Shown piece after piece: positions 39,211-51,899 of a stretch of 64,000 bases of DNA. The translations under genes were made by a program, and so were the position numbers. The notes below the pieces were generated by a model, which worked only from the letters and a program-made list of their open reading frames with translations, was not told the DNA's origin and made no database searches. Numbering within the stretch: position 1 is the stretch's first letter; every line of letters begins with the position of its first letter. The DNA is from Rhynchobatus australiae (taxonomy: Eukaryota), in contig JAUZTB010000001.1 of NCBI GenBank assembly GCA_034780895.1, positions 48,813,321 to 48,877,320 on the forward strand. Direction: 5' to 3'.

Positions 39211-39570
39211 GTAAAGCATAATTTACTTTCAAGATCTGGGGAAATAAATTTACTTCACTGGATGAGTCTTAAGAGTGAATGCCATTCAGTAGTACTGAGA
39301 AGATTGTGCACTCCTGGAAAAACAACTTATGGGAGATTAATAATGGTTGACAATTTAATATACATTTTGTTTTGTAAAAGGAGCTTAAAGGGATCCCACA
39401 GTTACACATTATTGGCATGGTACTGATGTTTAGATCATTTGAAATCTCTTAATTGTGATTGTTGCAGTTTTATTCTTAATTGCTAATCATAAATTTTTCT
39501 TCAATAGTATTTCTTCACTTTCCCAATAATTTCATTTCCTTGTTAACCAAGTCATTTGTTTGATTTACAG

Positions 39571-39648
39571 ATCCCAATATTTCAGGGCACTGATCTATCA
39601 TTCCCTTACTATGCATCAGTGAGATCAGGTCTTTTACCTATATATGAA
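39571..39648 (+). CDS. ITPRID2: ITPRID2 coding exon (IPIFQGTDLSFPYYASVRSGLLPIYE)
   Basis: Acceptor ttacag|, donor GAA|gtaagt; 78 nt, phase 0-0. Confidence 0.85.
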
Positions 39649-40544
39649 GTAAGTAGTTTTCTAAAACTTAATATTTTCATAATTGTGGTGTGCAAATTTT
39701 ACCTCGGGATTTTTAGAAGTTTTTCAATTGATGGATGGAAATGACTTATAACAAAGTTGCTTATCTAACTTATTATTATTTTGCCAGTGTACCATTGGGA
39801 AAACTTGCTACATCGGTGCAAGTTCAAATTTTCATCTTAAAGGTATTTCCAATTGATGCACCTAAAATGAGGAGAAAAGCTAATACTCTTCACATCACTA
39901 TGGGAAATTTTTGCTTAAGTGAAGGATCAGCAATGATAAATGATTTCAGTTTTGCCGGATATTGATGCAGTAAATCAAACCTTTATTCACTGTTTTGTGG
40001 AAGTACCGTCACCAGATGCACAAAGATCTATAGGAATGGGCAGTAAATGCATGCCTTGCCAGTAAAGCCTGTATTCCAAGATTTTTTTTACTCTATCTCG
40101 TATATCTAAAACACAAGCTAGATGCAGAGTGAAACACTCTGTTTTATTTTAAAAGCATGTTGCAATCTAAAAATCAAAGAGTTATTCCTGACTGCAACAG
40201 CGGGAAGTTTTCCAGCTCTTTACACAAACCATGCCTTGGCTTGGCTGAGCAAGCTTGCTGTATTACTGGAATTGAGTCCAACAATTCCCTCCTTGGGCTG
40301 TGCGTCCATACCCTTTAGAAACACAGGCATTAGACACTCCTTTACACATCAGAGGAGGAGACTTTTGTGCAATTGGGCTGTTACCCATTTGGTTCACTCC
40401 CATCTGTGGTGTTTTGGTGGTTGGAGGAGATTATGCCAACAACTTTTGTCCAGCAGCATACATCTTTATTATGGACAACTTAAAGAAGGAATCAACATAA
40501 TTGAAATTTGTTGAGGTTTTATTTGCAATTGTGCAATGGCAGTG

Positions 40545-41045
40545 GAAGGAGTGAATCTTTAGTTTTATGGATATGATGCCAGTCAAATATGGTGCGTCAT
40601 CCTGTATGATGTTGAGCTTTTTGAGTACTGGAGTTTAATTCATGCAGGCAGGTGGAGAGTGGTACATCATACTCTTCACTCATGCATTGTAGATGGTGGA
40701 AAGGTTTTGGTGAGTTGGGAGGCAAGTCATTTCTTGCAGAATATCAGTCTTGCCCTGTCTCTTGCATCAGGAATGGTNNNNNNNNNNTTTCTTGACAGTG
40801 GTGGTCCTAGGTTATTGGTGGTGATGATAGGACCAAGGTAAAGCCACCAGATAACAAGTCCAAATGGTTATTGGAGATGGCCTGGCAATTGTGTGCGTAG
40901 ATGGCATTTCCTGCTTCTCAGGACAGGAATGAATGTTACTCATTTGATGCTGCACATTATCATGGACTGTTTCATTACCTGAGAAGTTGCAATTGAACTG
41001 AATACTGTACGATCTTTGGCAAACACTTNNNNNNNNNNATGGATG
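40545..41045 (-). mobile_element. Old non-LTR retrotransposon fragment (CR1/L2 group)
   Basis: Degenerate reverse-strand similarity to an ORF2 C-terminal region. Confidence 0.45.
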
Positions 41046-41669
41046 GAAGAAGTTAGATTTTGCTGTTAAATTGATAGTGAAGTCTGTGTCATTGTAGTTA
41101 ATTAGTGTTTCAGTATGTGTTGTGCTGCACAGCTGTTAGATTTTTGGAAATGATATTTGACCCTCTGTCACATCATTGAAAGATACTAAATGGTATGAAG
41201 TTGCTGAATGTGTACTGTGGATGCAAACTCTACTCAGTACAGGAAGTTAGTGCAAGCTGAATATTAAAAGCATATGTTTAATAGTGGAATAATTGTTAAT
41301 TATAGTGATCAATCTCTGGCAGATCATTCAGAAATGAATAAGACTTCAAAAATATTTTTTGTTAAATTTAGCTTTTCACTTTTTTCAGTCTAACGTTGAA
41401 TTCACCTATTCCAATATATTTGTTTCTAGATCCTTGCCTGCTTATTTCTCACTCTTTAATCCAATTGCCCAGATTTCCTGGTGCGTGATGAATTACTTCC
41501 CTATTTTATCAGCTTGCATGTTCAGCAGTTTAGGGATTTGAATGTGCACAGATATATTTGAGCAATGACAGATGTCATTATATGCTTTGTTACAGAAGAA
41601 CCTGGGCCAGCACAATTTATTTGTCAACTTTCATGAGATTAGATACTAATTTTTTACTAACCTTTTCAG

Positions 41670-41797
41670 AGCACATATCAAGAGCTGCAGATAATGAGAA
41701 GAAATCTGAACTTTTTTAGAGCACAAATGATGGACTTGGAATTCGTGATGCTGAGGCAGCAAACAATGGTGTATCGACACTTAACTGATGAGGAGAG
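41670..41797 (+). CDS. ITPRID2: ITPRID2 coding exon, SSFA2 C-terminal coiled coil
   Basis: Encodes [42 protein letters not shown]. Acceptor ttttcag|, donor AG|gtgagt. Confidence 0.94.
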
Positions 41798-42644
41798 GTG
41801 AGTTCTTTCAGCCTCAGAATTCATTTTCAATGGAGAAGTGTTACTTTCCTTTTTCTTGCACTACGTTTCATAGGTATTTATAAAGGGTACATGTGTTTTA
41901 GTAAAACCCATATCCCAGCAGGTAGACTCTGTGCAAAACTGATGGTTCTACCAAGTTTGAATGTTAATAACTGAAGGATGGAATTGAGAGGGAATATTGA
42001 GACTGGTATTTTACAATCTAGGATTATTTAAAGAAACAGCAAGTTGCATTTCATTGCTCTTCAGTAAGAGAGGCTATTTGTAAAGTGTGATTGAGAGTCG
42101 ATTGTATGTTATTTCGTTGCTGTGGATCTATTGAATATAATACTTCATGAAAAATGAACAATCATTTATTTAAAGGGATCTAATGTTTCTGTGTTAGAAG
42201 GATTGCAAATAATTGGCTCAATGGGTTCTGCGCAGTTTTCTTCAGGTTCCAAGATTCCGTTCTGCATTTATTTTTAGAATGTTTCTGTCTTAAACAAGCA
42301 TAGAAGTCTTGAGGGGTAGCGCTATTTTAACCCAGTTGTTCATCATAACTTGTGCTGCAAGTCATTTATTTCTCTTTTGTTGCTTCATTCCTTCCTTTCT
42401 AATGTCAAAGATCACACAAATCCTGTTGCCTGTAACTTAAGTCTTCATCCCAGTTCCACACTGACTGTCTTCTGCACTGTTATAATGAGGCCCAAAGCAA
42501 GCAGGATGAACCACACCTCACCTTTACCCTGGGCATGTTGCAGCCTTCTGGACTCCATTGAATTCTCCAACTTCTGATAACTTGTTTTCTCTTCATTAGA
42601 ACTGGCCATTTTTGTTTTGTTACAAGTTATCTGTCTGTGATAAA

Positions 42645-42940
42645 ATAGAACGTAGAACAGTACAGCATAGTACAGGCCCTTTGGCCCATGATGTTGTGTT
42701 GACCTATATAAACCTACCCCACAGTCAATCTAACCCTTCCCTCCTATACAGCCCATAACCATTTTTCTTACATCCATGTGCCTATCTAAGTGTCTTTTAC
42801 ATGTTCCTAATGTATCAGTCTCTACCACTACCCCTGACAGTGCGTTCCAGGCAACTACCACTCTCCGTGTGGGGGATAAAAAGACAAACAAACTTAACTC
42901 TGACATCTCCCCTGAACTCTCCTCCACTCACCTTAAATTA
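42645..42940 (-). mobile_element. CR1 3' end
   Basis: tagaac tail and VVVAWNAL..VVETDTLGTCKRHLDRHMD (ORF 42730-42927). Confidence 0.88.
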
Positions 42941-43745
42941 GTTCAGATGGAGGACACGGTGCAGTGCTGCAGCTGCTTGATGTGGGATTCCATGGACCCT
43001 ACTGTGGTGCACAATGATCATGTCTGCAGTAAGTGCTTGAGGCTGGAGGAACTTTGGCTCAGAATTGTTGAGCTGGAGTCACAGCTTCAAACACCGCAGA
43101 GCATCAGGGAGGGAGAGAGTTATGTAGATACCGTGCATCGGGAGACAGTCACCCCCCCCCCCTCCTTAGAGCGGGTACTTCCGGGGTCCAGGAATTAGAT
43201 AGTAGGGTGACTGTCAGGGGAGAGAAAAGGAAAAAGAAAACAAACAGGCTGATAGTGCAAAGGACCCTGGAGGCAGTTCCCCTCTATAACAGGTTTTCTG
43301 CTTCGGAAGCTATTGAGGGGGATGACCTGCAGGGATCAAACAGCAGTAGCCAGGTCTCTGGCACTGGGACCAGTCCTGCTGCTCAGAAGAGAAGGGAGGA
43401 GAAGAGGAAGGCTGTAGTGNNNNNNNNNNNNNNNNNNNNNNNNNNNNNNNNNNNNNNNNNNNNNNNNNNNNNNNNNNNNNNNNNNNNNNNNNNNNNNNNN
43501 NNNNNNNNNNNNNNNNNNNATTTGTCCTGGTGAGGCAGAGAAAGAATGGCAGGGTGAAGGAACCATGGGTGACAAGGGGTGGAACAACTAGTTAGGAAGA
43601 AGGAGGCATACATTAGGTGTAAGCAGCAAGGATCAGATAGGGCTTGTGAGGAATATAGAGGAGCTAGGAAGGAACTTAAGAAGGGGTTGAGGAGAGCAAG
43701 AAGGGGACATGAAAAGGCCTTGGCGAGTAGGGTTAAGGAGACGTA
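42941..43745 (+). mobile_element. CR1 ORF1 fragment, gap, then ORF2 linker fragment
   Basis: VQCCSCLMW..HVCSKCLRLEELWLRIVELESQL (zinc finger/leucine zipper) and VPLYNRFS. After the gap: EPWVTRGVEQLV..ARKELKKGLRRARRGHEKALASRVKE. Confidence 0.82.
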
Positions 43746-44199
43746 GGCTTTAGATAAAGTTTCATCAGTGCCAAATACAGGTTTAAAATGACATCCTTGG
43801 ATTTATATCTGATATCCCTTCATATTCATGCCAACCTTCTGCTTGATTTTTTTGATAGAGAACATTATGCTTCCTGCTTCTTCTCTGCAACTTAACACAA
43901 ATCTGCTTTCTCTTTCCCAGTTCTGATGAAGTTTTCCCAGTTCACCTGTTTCCTTTTCCATAGATGTTGCCTGATCTGCTGAATGTTTCCAGCATTTGCT
44001 GTTTTTAATTATGTAATGTATTGTTATCAGAACTGTTGATTGTGAGCTGTTTAATTTAGAATTGGTGCTAAATCTGAGTTTGTTCAGATTGTAAAACTTG
44101 GCTTTGAATTGTGTGATTTGTCATGGGTCCCAATCCTAGAGCCATGCAGTCTCAGCTGTGCAGCTGTGGGTAAATTGGTACTACTTTTGTCTCTCTGTT

Positions 44200-44262
44200 A
44201 GTGCTTCAGAAGAAACACTAGACCGAGTCCCCTGTGTGCCCTCTCAGGTGGACGTTGAAATT
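44200..44262 (+). mobile_element. Deu-domain SINE fragment (AmnSINE1/SacSINE1-like)
   Basis: gaccgagtcccctgtgtgccctctcaggtggacgt matches the recalled Deu core. Confidence 0.55.
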
Positions 44263-44399
44263 TGTAACAGAGTTGTAAATGGACTATTGACCTGTAAGGA
44301 GGTGCAACATTACCTTTCTGTGCTAACTCATTGAAGTGTAAGTTGGTGCATGTTCTGAGCATTCAAACTTGAAAAGGCAGATAATTTCTTCTTTGGTAG

Positions 44400-44550
44400 G
44401 CAAGAGGCTGACCAACTGCAAAACCTTCGGAACTGCGTTCGCATGGAGCTGCAGGAGCTGGAACTCCAGTTGGAGGAACGATCGTTTGCTTTGGAGGAGC
44501 AGCTCAAAGCCCCGAGCCAGTGCCCTATCTTCAGGCCGCCATCTCATGCT
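44400..44550 (+). CDS. ITPRID2: ITPRID2 coding exon, coiled coil
   Basis: Encodes [50 protein letters not shown]. Acceptor ggtag|, donor |gtgagt. Confidence 0.93.
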
Positions 44551-44944
44551 GTGAGTTCAGTAAACTTCACTGCAGTCATCCTTAGATGTCAGAGTAAAAC
44601 AAAGGATTCATATTATAAACACATGCACACATTGTTATTATGAAAGGGATGTTTAGGTGAATTTTCTTTCTCCTTGATTTCCTTCAGCCCCTGGTTTAAC
44701 ACCTTTTTAGCTGAGAGAGTTTGCAGGCACCAGATCAGGACCAATGACAATTGTAAACAAAATTATCCAGAGAATGGACTGGTGGAAAGAATTAACATTC
44801 CTACTTTTGATATGGAACTACCAACGGCAGTGAGGCTTTTAAGCTTTAGCAGCAAGTCTGCTTGGTTTAGATAATTGAAATATCCATGTTCTTTTTGAAT
44901 TTTTCTCATTACTATTTCTGATAAACATTCGCACTTCGCCGACT

Positions 44945-45155
44945 CTCCCCCCCCGCCCCCGGCCCTTCTCCCTCTTNNNNNNNNNNACCCTCCCCCTTTC
45001 CCCCTGCACCATCCTTGCCTGCCTGCTCCTCTCCCCTTGTAGTCCTTGCCTGTCCTCTCTCCAACACGCACCCTGTCCCCACCCCCCACTATCCTCTCTC
45101 CTCCCCTGCCCTTTCTCCTCCCCTGCCGTCCTTGCCTGCCCCCTCCCTCCACTGC
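44945..45155. repeat. C/T-rich low-complexity tract
   Basis: Runs of ccct/cctgc. Confidence 0.8.
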
Positions 45156-45164
45156 CATTGTCCG

Positions 45165-45885
45165 CCCGAAGGTGTCCCATCAGGTCCGTGCTGGATACTG
45201 AAGGAGCAATCTCACTACAATGGTGCTCTCTGTGGTAAAAACAAAATGACATCGTAGACCAATGTATTTGCCACAGGTAGATTGGTGACAGAATCAATCT
45301 GACGCAGGAGCTGGAACTTCAGTTGCTCCAGAACTCCAGTTGCTATATCCACGCAGCCAGCTCAGAGAGTGCTGATGCTGCCGAACAGTTTTTGGTGATG
45401 GTGATTGAAGANNNNNNNNNNCCCTGACCTCTCTGCCCTTGCTGCTCAGTGCTTCTGAATGTTGTTTAACACGGGACCATTGATCCATCAGCTGAAGGAG
45501 AGCTCTGGGCTCTAATCAGGAGAAGGATTCCTTGCCCATTTTTGCCTAGTGCCATGACACTTCATGAGGTCTAAAGTCATTTTTGAGGACTGCCAGGATA
45601 TCTCTCTCCCACCTGAATACATTGTACCATTCCCTCTGGTGGGTCTGTCTTACCACTGGACAGCACATTACTCATGAATCTTGAGGGAATGTCTGGTGTG
45701 TTATCCAAGAGGAATGACTCTCCAAGTGCAGCTACATCACGCTGTTTGCTTGACTAGTCCATGGGACAGCTGTCCCAAGACAACAGTCCAAGATGCCTGT
45801 GTGGAAGACTTTACGAGGAGTGACTTTGCTCTGTCAAAATTTGGTGCTGGGTGGTCCATTTGGTTTTACCTTTATTCTGTTCATA
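45165..45885 (-). mobile_element. Old non-LTR retrotransposon, endonuclease region
   Basis: Degenerate reverse-strand DRPTRGNGT, PHEVSW and LSHGLVKQ segments, consistent with an APE endonuclease N-terminus. Confidence 0.55.
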
Positions 45886-45932
45886 TGAGCAGTCCTCTAA
45901 AGTCATCACTTTCTGGTTCTTCTGTGTCACAG

Positions 45933-45992
45933 GAAGCATTCACTAATAACGCAGATGCCATGTCTTCCTCCTCTCTCAATGTAATGGAACCG
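45933..45992 (+). CDS. ITPRID2: ITPRID2 coding exon (EAFTNNADAMSSSSLNVMEP)
   Basis: Acceptor tcacag|, donor CCG|gtgagt; 60 nt; LNVMEP motif. Confidence 0.87.
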
Positions 45993-47509
45993 GTGAGTAA
46001 GTTTGATTTTTCCTGAATTGTGATAATGCAAACTCCACTGAAGCACATTACCAGGTGGTGCAAAAACCCTACCTCTTTTATGTGCACTAAATATTAACCC
46101 AGACTAAGCATATTTTTCTACTTTGGTTGGCATCTTATTGCATTTATGGATTTAAAACTTCCTGCAGTCAAACTCCAGTTCTCATTTGCTCCATCAACTT
46201 TATCACATGTATCACTGAATGTTACTATCTTCCATTTGTCCTCAAGATTGCAAGTTGACTCAGTCTCCAGAAAATGATGTCAATTATAGATTCCCGATAT
46301 CCTTCTATTCCCATTAGTGTTTATTTCAGATAATCACACATCTGTTAAAAGGGTTTTTAAAGTATGCAGTGCTATCTTGTTAATCAATTATCATTAAATC
46401 TTTTTTTATCCAAATGAAATACAGAGAAGTGCTGAGTTCTATCAATTATTAGTTGTGTTATCAACTCAGCTGGACAAGTGGGTAGTGGCATTATATTTTC
46501 TTGGTCCTAACAATACATAATCAATAACAAAAATGACATTCCCAGCCTTCTAGTCAGTGAATGTGAAGGTGATGTATTTTTGACTAGCTTCTTTCCAAAG
46601 ATTTATTGATCAATTGACTAGATGCAATTTTTCAACATCAGATATAACTCATGCTAATAAGTAAAATGTCTTTAGTTCGGCCACAGGATACGGGACCAAT
46701 TGGATGGTTCTTTCAAAGACCCAACAAAGTGGATCCAACAACTTTATTTTGTGCTGGAAGATTATATATTGCTGTGATACTGGTGAAATGTTAAGCAGTC
46801 ATTAATAGGCTTCCGATTTTTAATTGTTGAAATATTATTTTTGACATTGAGATGTTTACTGCAATTAGTAGGGAATGGATTCCTGACATTTTGCAAGATG
46901 TGCAGAATGCTGTGGCTTTTACAATCCTTGAGTTCTGAAATGCTCTTTCAAAAAAAGAACTAAAAAGTTATGAGGATCTGCAGAACAGCAAAAATTGAAG
47001 TCACTAAAAGGAAATTTTAAATGAAACGGAGTAAACCAAATGATTGAAAATTAAAGTATTTTTAAGCTACTGATACTTTGAGGGAAAAGAAAATCCAACA
47101 GAACTCTAAGTCAACCTTACAAGTGTAATTCCACTGCATAGCAGGAGATAGAATCAGTGCTAATATGAATGCAACCTAATGGTCTAAGTAGATGAAAGTT
47201 TTAGTTTATTAATAAGAAAGTAATGAATTAAGGATGTAGCTTTAATCATTGCAATTTTAGGGTTGTGGATATACCTTCTAACTAATACACTAAAGAGCAT
47301 TTCTCATTTTAGAGGTTTTAAGGATTTTCCATTTACTCGCATTAAATTATATATCTCATTGCCTGGTATTATGGCACACATCGAACAAAATAAAAATAAA
47401 ACTGCATTAAGTAGGCTTGTTTTGTTGTTGACAGGGAGAATATTTCAGCAATATATTGTTTTTAGTACAACTTGTTGATTGAGCGGTTTTGACCTTGGTT
47501 AAAATTCAG

Positions 47510-47977
47510 GTGTCTGAGCTTTTGAGGGAGCAGTCGTATCTCCGATCTGAACTGGGCTTCTCTGAACATGTGGGTGAAGAATATGATTACCCACACTCCT
47601 ACTATGGCCCCTACACTAACCTGGATTCAGCTTCCCGCTCTTCAAGCCCAGGCCGGATGTCTAGGTGTTCAGCACCAGGTTCTATAAGTCATGGTCCTTC
47701 AAGCACTACTGCACCATATGGGAAACCAGTGAACCAAGCTACCTCAATACCTCTGCAGAGCAGACAAGTGTATCGCTCTTCAGTTCTACTGACTCCCTCA
47801 CCACCAGCACGAGCTGCCCAGGGGGAGCCATTTACAGAAAATAGAACATCATCAGGAATTGTGGACCAAAACCCAATAAGCCAGACATCTGAACCAACTG
47901 GAGCTGCAGCCTCTCCATCGAAAGGAGCAAGAAGCCATATCATAGAGCATCCAGAATTCCACAATGTTCTCCAAGAG
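47510..47977 (+). CDS. ITPRID2: ITPRID2 coding exon (VSELLREQSYLRSELG...HNVLQE)
   Basis: Lies in ORF 47489-47995. Acceptor ttcag|, donor GAG|gttagt; 468 nt. Confidence 0.9.
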
Positions 47978-48132
47978 GTTAGTCATCATTTATAAAAAGG
48001 CTTACTGGATCACAAGACTCCCTGAAATTGGTAGAGATGCCACTCATTGTGAATAATTATATTATAGATCGCTCAAAGCATTGCACAGAGGACGTCAAGG
48101 CTGTGCAGCAATTGGGTCAAGCACTATTAACA

Positions 48133-48371
48133 CATGAAAAACATTATGAAGCTGGAGGAACTTAGCAGGCCAGGCAGCATCCGTGGAGAAAAGCAGGTGG
48201 TCAATGTTTGGGTTAGGACCCCTCTTCAGGATGGGTCCTTAAGAAGGGTCCTGACCTGAAATATTGACCGCCTGCTTTTCTCCACGGATGCTGCCTGGCC
48301 TGCTGAGTTCCTCCACTATCATCATGTTTTTCACCTAGATTCCAGCATCTGCAGTCCTTTGCTTCTCTAGG
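48133..48371. mobile_element. Fold-back Penelope terminal-repeat insertion with 7-bp TSD
   Basis: Near-perfect inverted arms of about 97 bp (48135-48231 and 48236-48333) plus a short tail. attaaca occurs at 48126-48132 and 48372-48378. Confidence 0.88.
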
Positions 48372-49712
48372 ATTAACATATTATCTCTCTGAGGTGGTTT
48401 CACTTGTAAAGCCTCCATTGCTGGTCAGGAATGAGATTTTGACAGGGTGATTTTTATTTTTGCTTTTTCATAAAATGTGAAAATTCTTCAAAAGTATTTT
48501 CTTGGAATCAGTTTTACTTTCAAGTGAAACATTTGCTATCTTGTTTGTTCTGCTTGACTTAAGAGTGTGAGCATAGGTAAATAGTCAGTATTAAAGAGCC
48601 AAAGCATAATAATGGCACATATGGTTGGAGCTGGAATTGATACCCTGAGTTTGGGGGCAGGTCACAAGCACTGAATTGGGCAGACTGAGAGGGCAGAAGC
48701 TTAAGAAACATCTACTGTTTTTCTTCAGGTCTCATGAGATTCCGTGAGTAATTCAAAAGGAATACTCACCCTGTTTTTGTAAATAATGCTTTGAATATGA
48801 GAAAGTTAGACAATCCAACTGATGACTGTTTCCTTGACAAGGTTTTTCATATTTTATTTCTACATCACCTTTAGCTGATGGGTTTGTCCTGGTTTGTAGA
48901 CTGACCTTCCAGTTGTGCTTCCACTTTACCTTTTCTCTGGCATTCACTGTATCATATCCTTTTATAAGGTACTCCTTCCCTTCTGATGTAAAGCTAACAA
49001 TCTCCTTTCTCATTGTTTCCTTCTTCATATTGCTTCCAGCTCCTAAGTGTGATTTGAGGTTGGACAGAGCTGGATACAAGTTCCGAGTTACTGGAATTGA
49101 GTTTCGGAAGCAATGGACTCCACGGCATTGTTAGATTGATGTTTCTACAATTCTCATCCATTAATAACAAAAGGACAGGAGTTACATTTGCAAATCAAGA
49201 TGACTTGTGACTGAGGAGAACCCAGCCGGGGTGGCTCCAATGGATGTTGCTATTTAAATATGTCAGCTGTTACATTTCATGTTTACTTTTTATTTGAAAA
49301 ATTAAAATGACTTTGTTAGTTGATTTAATACTAGCCAATTTGAGGACTGTTAACAGTGCATGATCGAGCTGGTAGGATATCTATTTCAGGTGGATTTTCT
49401 TGTTATTTTCTGAGCCAAATGCAGAGCTTTGTGATTAAGTGTATTTCACTTAAGTGCTGTGCATGCCAGTATTAAACTTGCACAGTGACAGTAAGGCTAA
49501 TGCAGAGTGGTTCATGTAATGTTCCTACCCTTCTAGCAGCTATCCAAAGGACAATGCTACCAGATCCTTGGGAGCAGCTATCTGTCTTCACCTAATGTCT
49601 AGTGATGCCTATTATGCGGAGAAAAATGGAGGGTTTTAGGGAATGTTATAGCTTTACATGAATTGAGTAGGATACCGAACCACTCATGGAATTTTCTTTT
49701 TGTCACTACCAG

Positions 49713-49814
49713 ATAAAGGAATCAATTGTTGGAGAAATAAAGCGAGAAATTATGGGTGGACTTCTAGCTGCGATATCACCAGGTGGTAAAGATGTTGGGC
49801 ATAAAGAAGAGTAG
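49713..49814 (+). CDS. ITPRID2: ITPRID2 last coding exon (IKESIVGEIKREIMGGLLAAISPGGKDVGHKEE*)
   Basis: Acceptor taccag|; TAG at 49812-49814. Matches the recalled SSFA2 C-terminus IKESIVGEIRREI. Confidence 0.92.
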   Translation: MKESIVGEIKREIMGGLLAAISPGGKDVGHKEE

Positions 49815-51729
49815 CTGTGACTACAGTGAGTAACCAACACTAATAACAAAGTTCTGTTGAAAGATTTTGGAAACGAGATGTAAAAATACAAGCTTTTGGA
49901 AATTAGGTCATTTGGCATCTGGAGGAGTTTTTTTTCATTTAAAAAATTAAAAAAATGTAAACTTAAAATAATTTAGATATATAAATTAAATAATACTTCC
50001 CTTGTTCTTTTGCAGGTGTACCTNNNNNNNNNNNNNNNNNNNNNNNNNNNNNNNNNNNNNNNNNNNNNNNNTTGAAGAAAGGGACCATAAGAAATATTTA
50101 ATTGACATTTTCTAAATTATTTGAGCTTAGTTAAAGGTTTTAACTTTTTCAGCATTATTATTTTTCCTTAAATCTTTTAACCATTTCTAATATCCTTTAT
50201 TTGTTTGATCTTAATATGTTTTGAATGTTGGGGAAAGTCAGCTTTATTCAAAGTTTTTGGCAGTCTTCAGAGCCAGTTGGACTGATCAAGTGCCTTAACC
50301 AGCCGTCATAGATTTCTTTCTNNNNNNNNNNCCTGTTTCAGGGAAAAGTTTTGTTCTGGTTACTTCAACCCATAATGATGCAGCATTTTGTAGGCGAGTA
50401 TATTTGCTGTGGCAGAGGACCTTATTGAGGATTATGCAGCTATTTAATATGAAATGATGCCATGAGATGCATTAAAAGTAGGAAAAATAAAACAATGGAG
50501 AATTTTATTGAATGTCGGACAAGCTGAATGGGCAACTCTTGCTTCAATTTCTTACTTTATTCTAAGTGTAGAATTATTGCATAGGTTAACGATAAGCACC
50601 AGTGGTTTGCTACCGGCAGAAAATTTACGTCCATAATGCATTGTCATAGAGTTGAGGTCAAACAGCACAGAAACAGGNNNNNNNNNNNNNNNNNNNNNNN
50701 NNNNNNNNNNNNNNNNNNNNNNNNNNNNNNNNNNNNNNNNNNNNNNNNNNNNNNNNNNNNNNNNNNNNNNNNNNNNNNNNNNNNNNNNNNNNNNNNNNNN
50801 NNNNNNNNNNNNNNNNNNNNNNNNNNNNNNNNNNNNNNNNNNNNNNNNNNNNNNNNNNNNNNNNNNNNNNNNNNNNNNNNNNNNNNNNNNNNNNNNNNNN
50901 NNNNNNNNNNNNNNNNNNNNNNNNNNNNNNNNNNNNNNNNNNNNNNNNNNNNNNNNNNNNNNNNNNNNNNNNNNNNNNNNNNNNNNNNNNNNNNNNNNNN
51001 NNNNNNNNNNNNNNNNNNNNNNNNNNNNNNNNNNNNNNNNNNNNNNNNNNNNNNNNNNNNNNNNNNNNNNNNNNNNNNNNNNNNNNNNNNNNNNNNNNNN
51101 NNNNNNNNNNNNNNNNNNNNNNNNNNNNNNNNNNNNNNNNNNNNNNNNNNNNNNNNNNNNNNNNNNNNNNNNNNNNNNNNNNNNNNNNNNNNNNNNNNNN
51201 NNNNNNNNNNNNNNNNNNNNNNNNNNNNNNNNNNNNNNNNNNNNNNNNNNNNNNNNNNNNNNNNNNNNNNNNNNNNNNNNNNNNNNNNNNNNNNNNNNNN
51301 NNNNNNNNNNNNNNNNNNNNNNNNNNNNNNNNNNNNNNNNNNNNNNNNNNNNNNNNNNNNNNNNNNNNNNNNNNNNNNNNNNNNNNNNNNNNNNNNNNNN
51401 NNNNNNNNNNNNAATATTATATTACTTTTTAATGTTTTATTTTTGCTATTTTAATGTAAATATATTGGAATAGTTTTTAAATATAACTGTCAGAGCCATT
51501 TAGAAATAGCTCACAGCCTTTGCAGAAAGAGAGATGTCAAATGATGTGAGGGCTCTTCAAGATAGAGCCTCCGCATTCCATGCTCCCAGAGCTCAGTTTA
51601 CCTGATGGGACACTTCTCAGAATGAGTATGGAGAGCTCCTTTGGCGTCCCACAACCAGAGAAACTAAGTCTGGGCATGTGGTTACTGTGGGCAGCATAAT
51701 CCAGCCTCCAGGAATGCTACTTGATCTGT

Positions 51730-51865
51730 TGAGTCACAGTTATACAGCAAGGAGATAGGCCCTTCAGCCCAACTCGTCCATACCGACCAAGCTGCCTACC
51801 TGAGCTCGTCCCATTTGCCTGTATTTGGCCCGTATCCCTCTAAACCTTTCCTATCCATGTAGCTG
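51730..51865 (-). mobile_element. Short CR1 3' end
   Basis: gagtcacagttatacagc..aggcccttcagcccaactcgtcc..taaacctttcctatcc. Confidence 0.8.
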
Positions 51866-51899
51866 TTTGCTCAGCAGTAATTTTGGTGCATCTGTATTT

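Larger units (their letters stand above)
42410..44010 (+). mobile_element. Penelope remnant interrupted by a CR1 composite
   Basis: GIY-YIG C-terminal-like sequence at 42470-42578 (ccacacctcacctttaccctgggcatgttgcagcc..gaattctccaacttc). The tail resumes at about 43880-44010 with ttCTGATGAag and ccatagatgttgcctgatctgctga. Confidence 0.7.

Noticed and set aside
38002-39426. 474-aa ORF as a standalone gene
   Set aside because: It is an internal ITPRID2 exon; the residues after 39210 are intron readthrough.
44763-45297. Gly/Arg-rich minus-strand ORFs
   Set aside because: They are translations of a low-complexity C/T tract.
48135-48333. Hairpin as a miRNA gene or DNA-transposon MITE
   Set aside because: The arms match the Penelope terminal repeat found solo elsewhere in the window, and the unit is asymmetric, with an extra tail on one side.
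9668-51473. Long ORFs made mostly of X (e.g. 9668-10603, 28681-29583, 32881-34005, 50636-51473)
   Set aside because: Artefacts of translating through N gaps.
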